Below are positions 63,495 through 64,000 of a stretch of 64,000 nucleotides of DNA, one piece after another. The notes under the pieces were generated by a model. The model searched no databases. It was not told where the DNA came from and saw only the letters and a program-made list of their open reading frames with translations. The stretch's first letter is position 1; the number at the start of each line of letters is the position of its first letter. This DNA is from an uncultured bacterium (GTDB taxonomy: Bacteria; Desulfobacterota; Deferrimicrobia; Deferrimicrobiales; Deferrimicrobiaceae): the NCBI GenBank assembly GCA_963829245.1, contig CAWHIM010000042.1:2703-66702 (forward strand), in the 5' to 3' direction. A program made the translations under genes and the position numbers.

Positions 63495-64000
63495 TCAGGA
63501 TCGGCAGACAGGGCAGGATGGGGATCCCTCTTCTTCCGCCCGGCGGCGGTCCTCAGCGTCCTGGTACTGCGGAGTGTCGTGGCGGGGCGTCCGGTCGTCC
63601 CCTTCCGCGAAGGCCTTCGCTTTCCATTCCTCGTCCCCCGACCAGCGGAACGGAAGCTCCTTCATGGAGCCGGGAGCCGTCATCGTCTCCAAGGACGAGA
63701 GCGCTTCGACGAGGATCCGGCGCTGCAGATCGGGCTCGTGCGGTTTGCCGGTCGTGTGCCCGAGGGGGAAGTCGAGGAACGCCGCCCGGGGAGGATTGAC
63801 CGCCCGCGTGATGTCCCGCGCGCTGGTCATGCAGAGCGTCGGGATTCCGGCGGCCTCCGAGTGCCTTGCGACCAGTCCCACGGACTGGTGGCAGACGGGT
63901 CAAACCGGAACGAACAGCACAACGTCGACACCGTCCTCGAGGAACCGGGCGGTCAGACGCGGGGCCAGATCCTCGGCAACGCGGCGGGAGGAGTAGATCC
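63495..64000 (-). CDS. GrdB/PrdB (selenoprotein B) family protein, 5'-truncated at window edge, with in-frame UGA in a U-P-V-C motif
   Basis: Upstream frame continues ..GVDVVLFVPV[TGA]PVCHQSVGLVARHSEAAGIPTLCMTSARDITRAVNPPRAAFLDFPLGHTTGKP.., the AAGIPT...FPLG(N/H)P pattern of the selenoprotein B family. TGA at 63900-63902 (minus). A 7-bp stem hairpin CCAGUCC-GUG-GGACUGG lies 11 nt downstream. Confidence 0.5.

Overview
High-GC (~68%) bacterial chromosomal segment, probably from an anaerobic Desulfobacterota/Myxococcota-like organism. Gene content includes a sigma54 regulator, NrfCD-type modules, SufBC, DraT/DraG, an FdhD-MobA fusion and selenoprotein candidates. Genes in order: the 3' end of an HME-RND pump, a P-II protein and a CcdA/TlpA pair; SufCB, ferredoxins and arsR-arsC (minus strand); a mosaic arsenic island (AbrB-like Cys-rich regulator, arsM, IS3 remnant, orphan NrfC/NrfD-like pair, TauE-like, PIG-L deacetylase, AhpD-like, arsD, zinc ribbon, arsA, small Met/Cys protein, acr3, arsP); archease-rtcB-DUF815 and draG-draT (minus); an NtrC-type two-component system followed by a sigma54 promoter and three secreted proteins; a sugar ABC transporter; an OsmC-like gene with an in-frame UGA at the catalytic Cys; gamma-CA and PaaI; emrAB-tolC, tetR and acrAB-oprM; ALDH, MFS and MarR; epmA; FdhD-MobA fusion; leuCD; aguBA; a B12-radical SAM gene; ADP-forming acetyl-CoA synthetase; serA; and a partial GrdB/PrdB-family gene with a UxxC in-frame UGA. 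Other notable points: about five copies of an ArsR-type operator/promoter motif, segmental duplications with gene remnants, a ~100-bp inverted duplicate element, and many +/-1 frameshifts that are either sequencing indels or gene decay. No rRNA, tRNA or CRISPR was seen.
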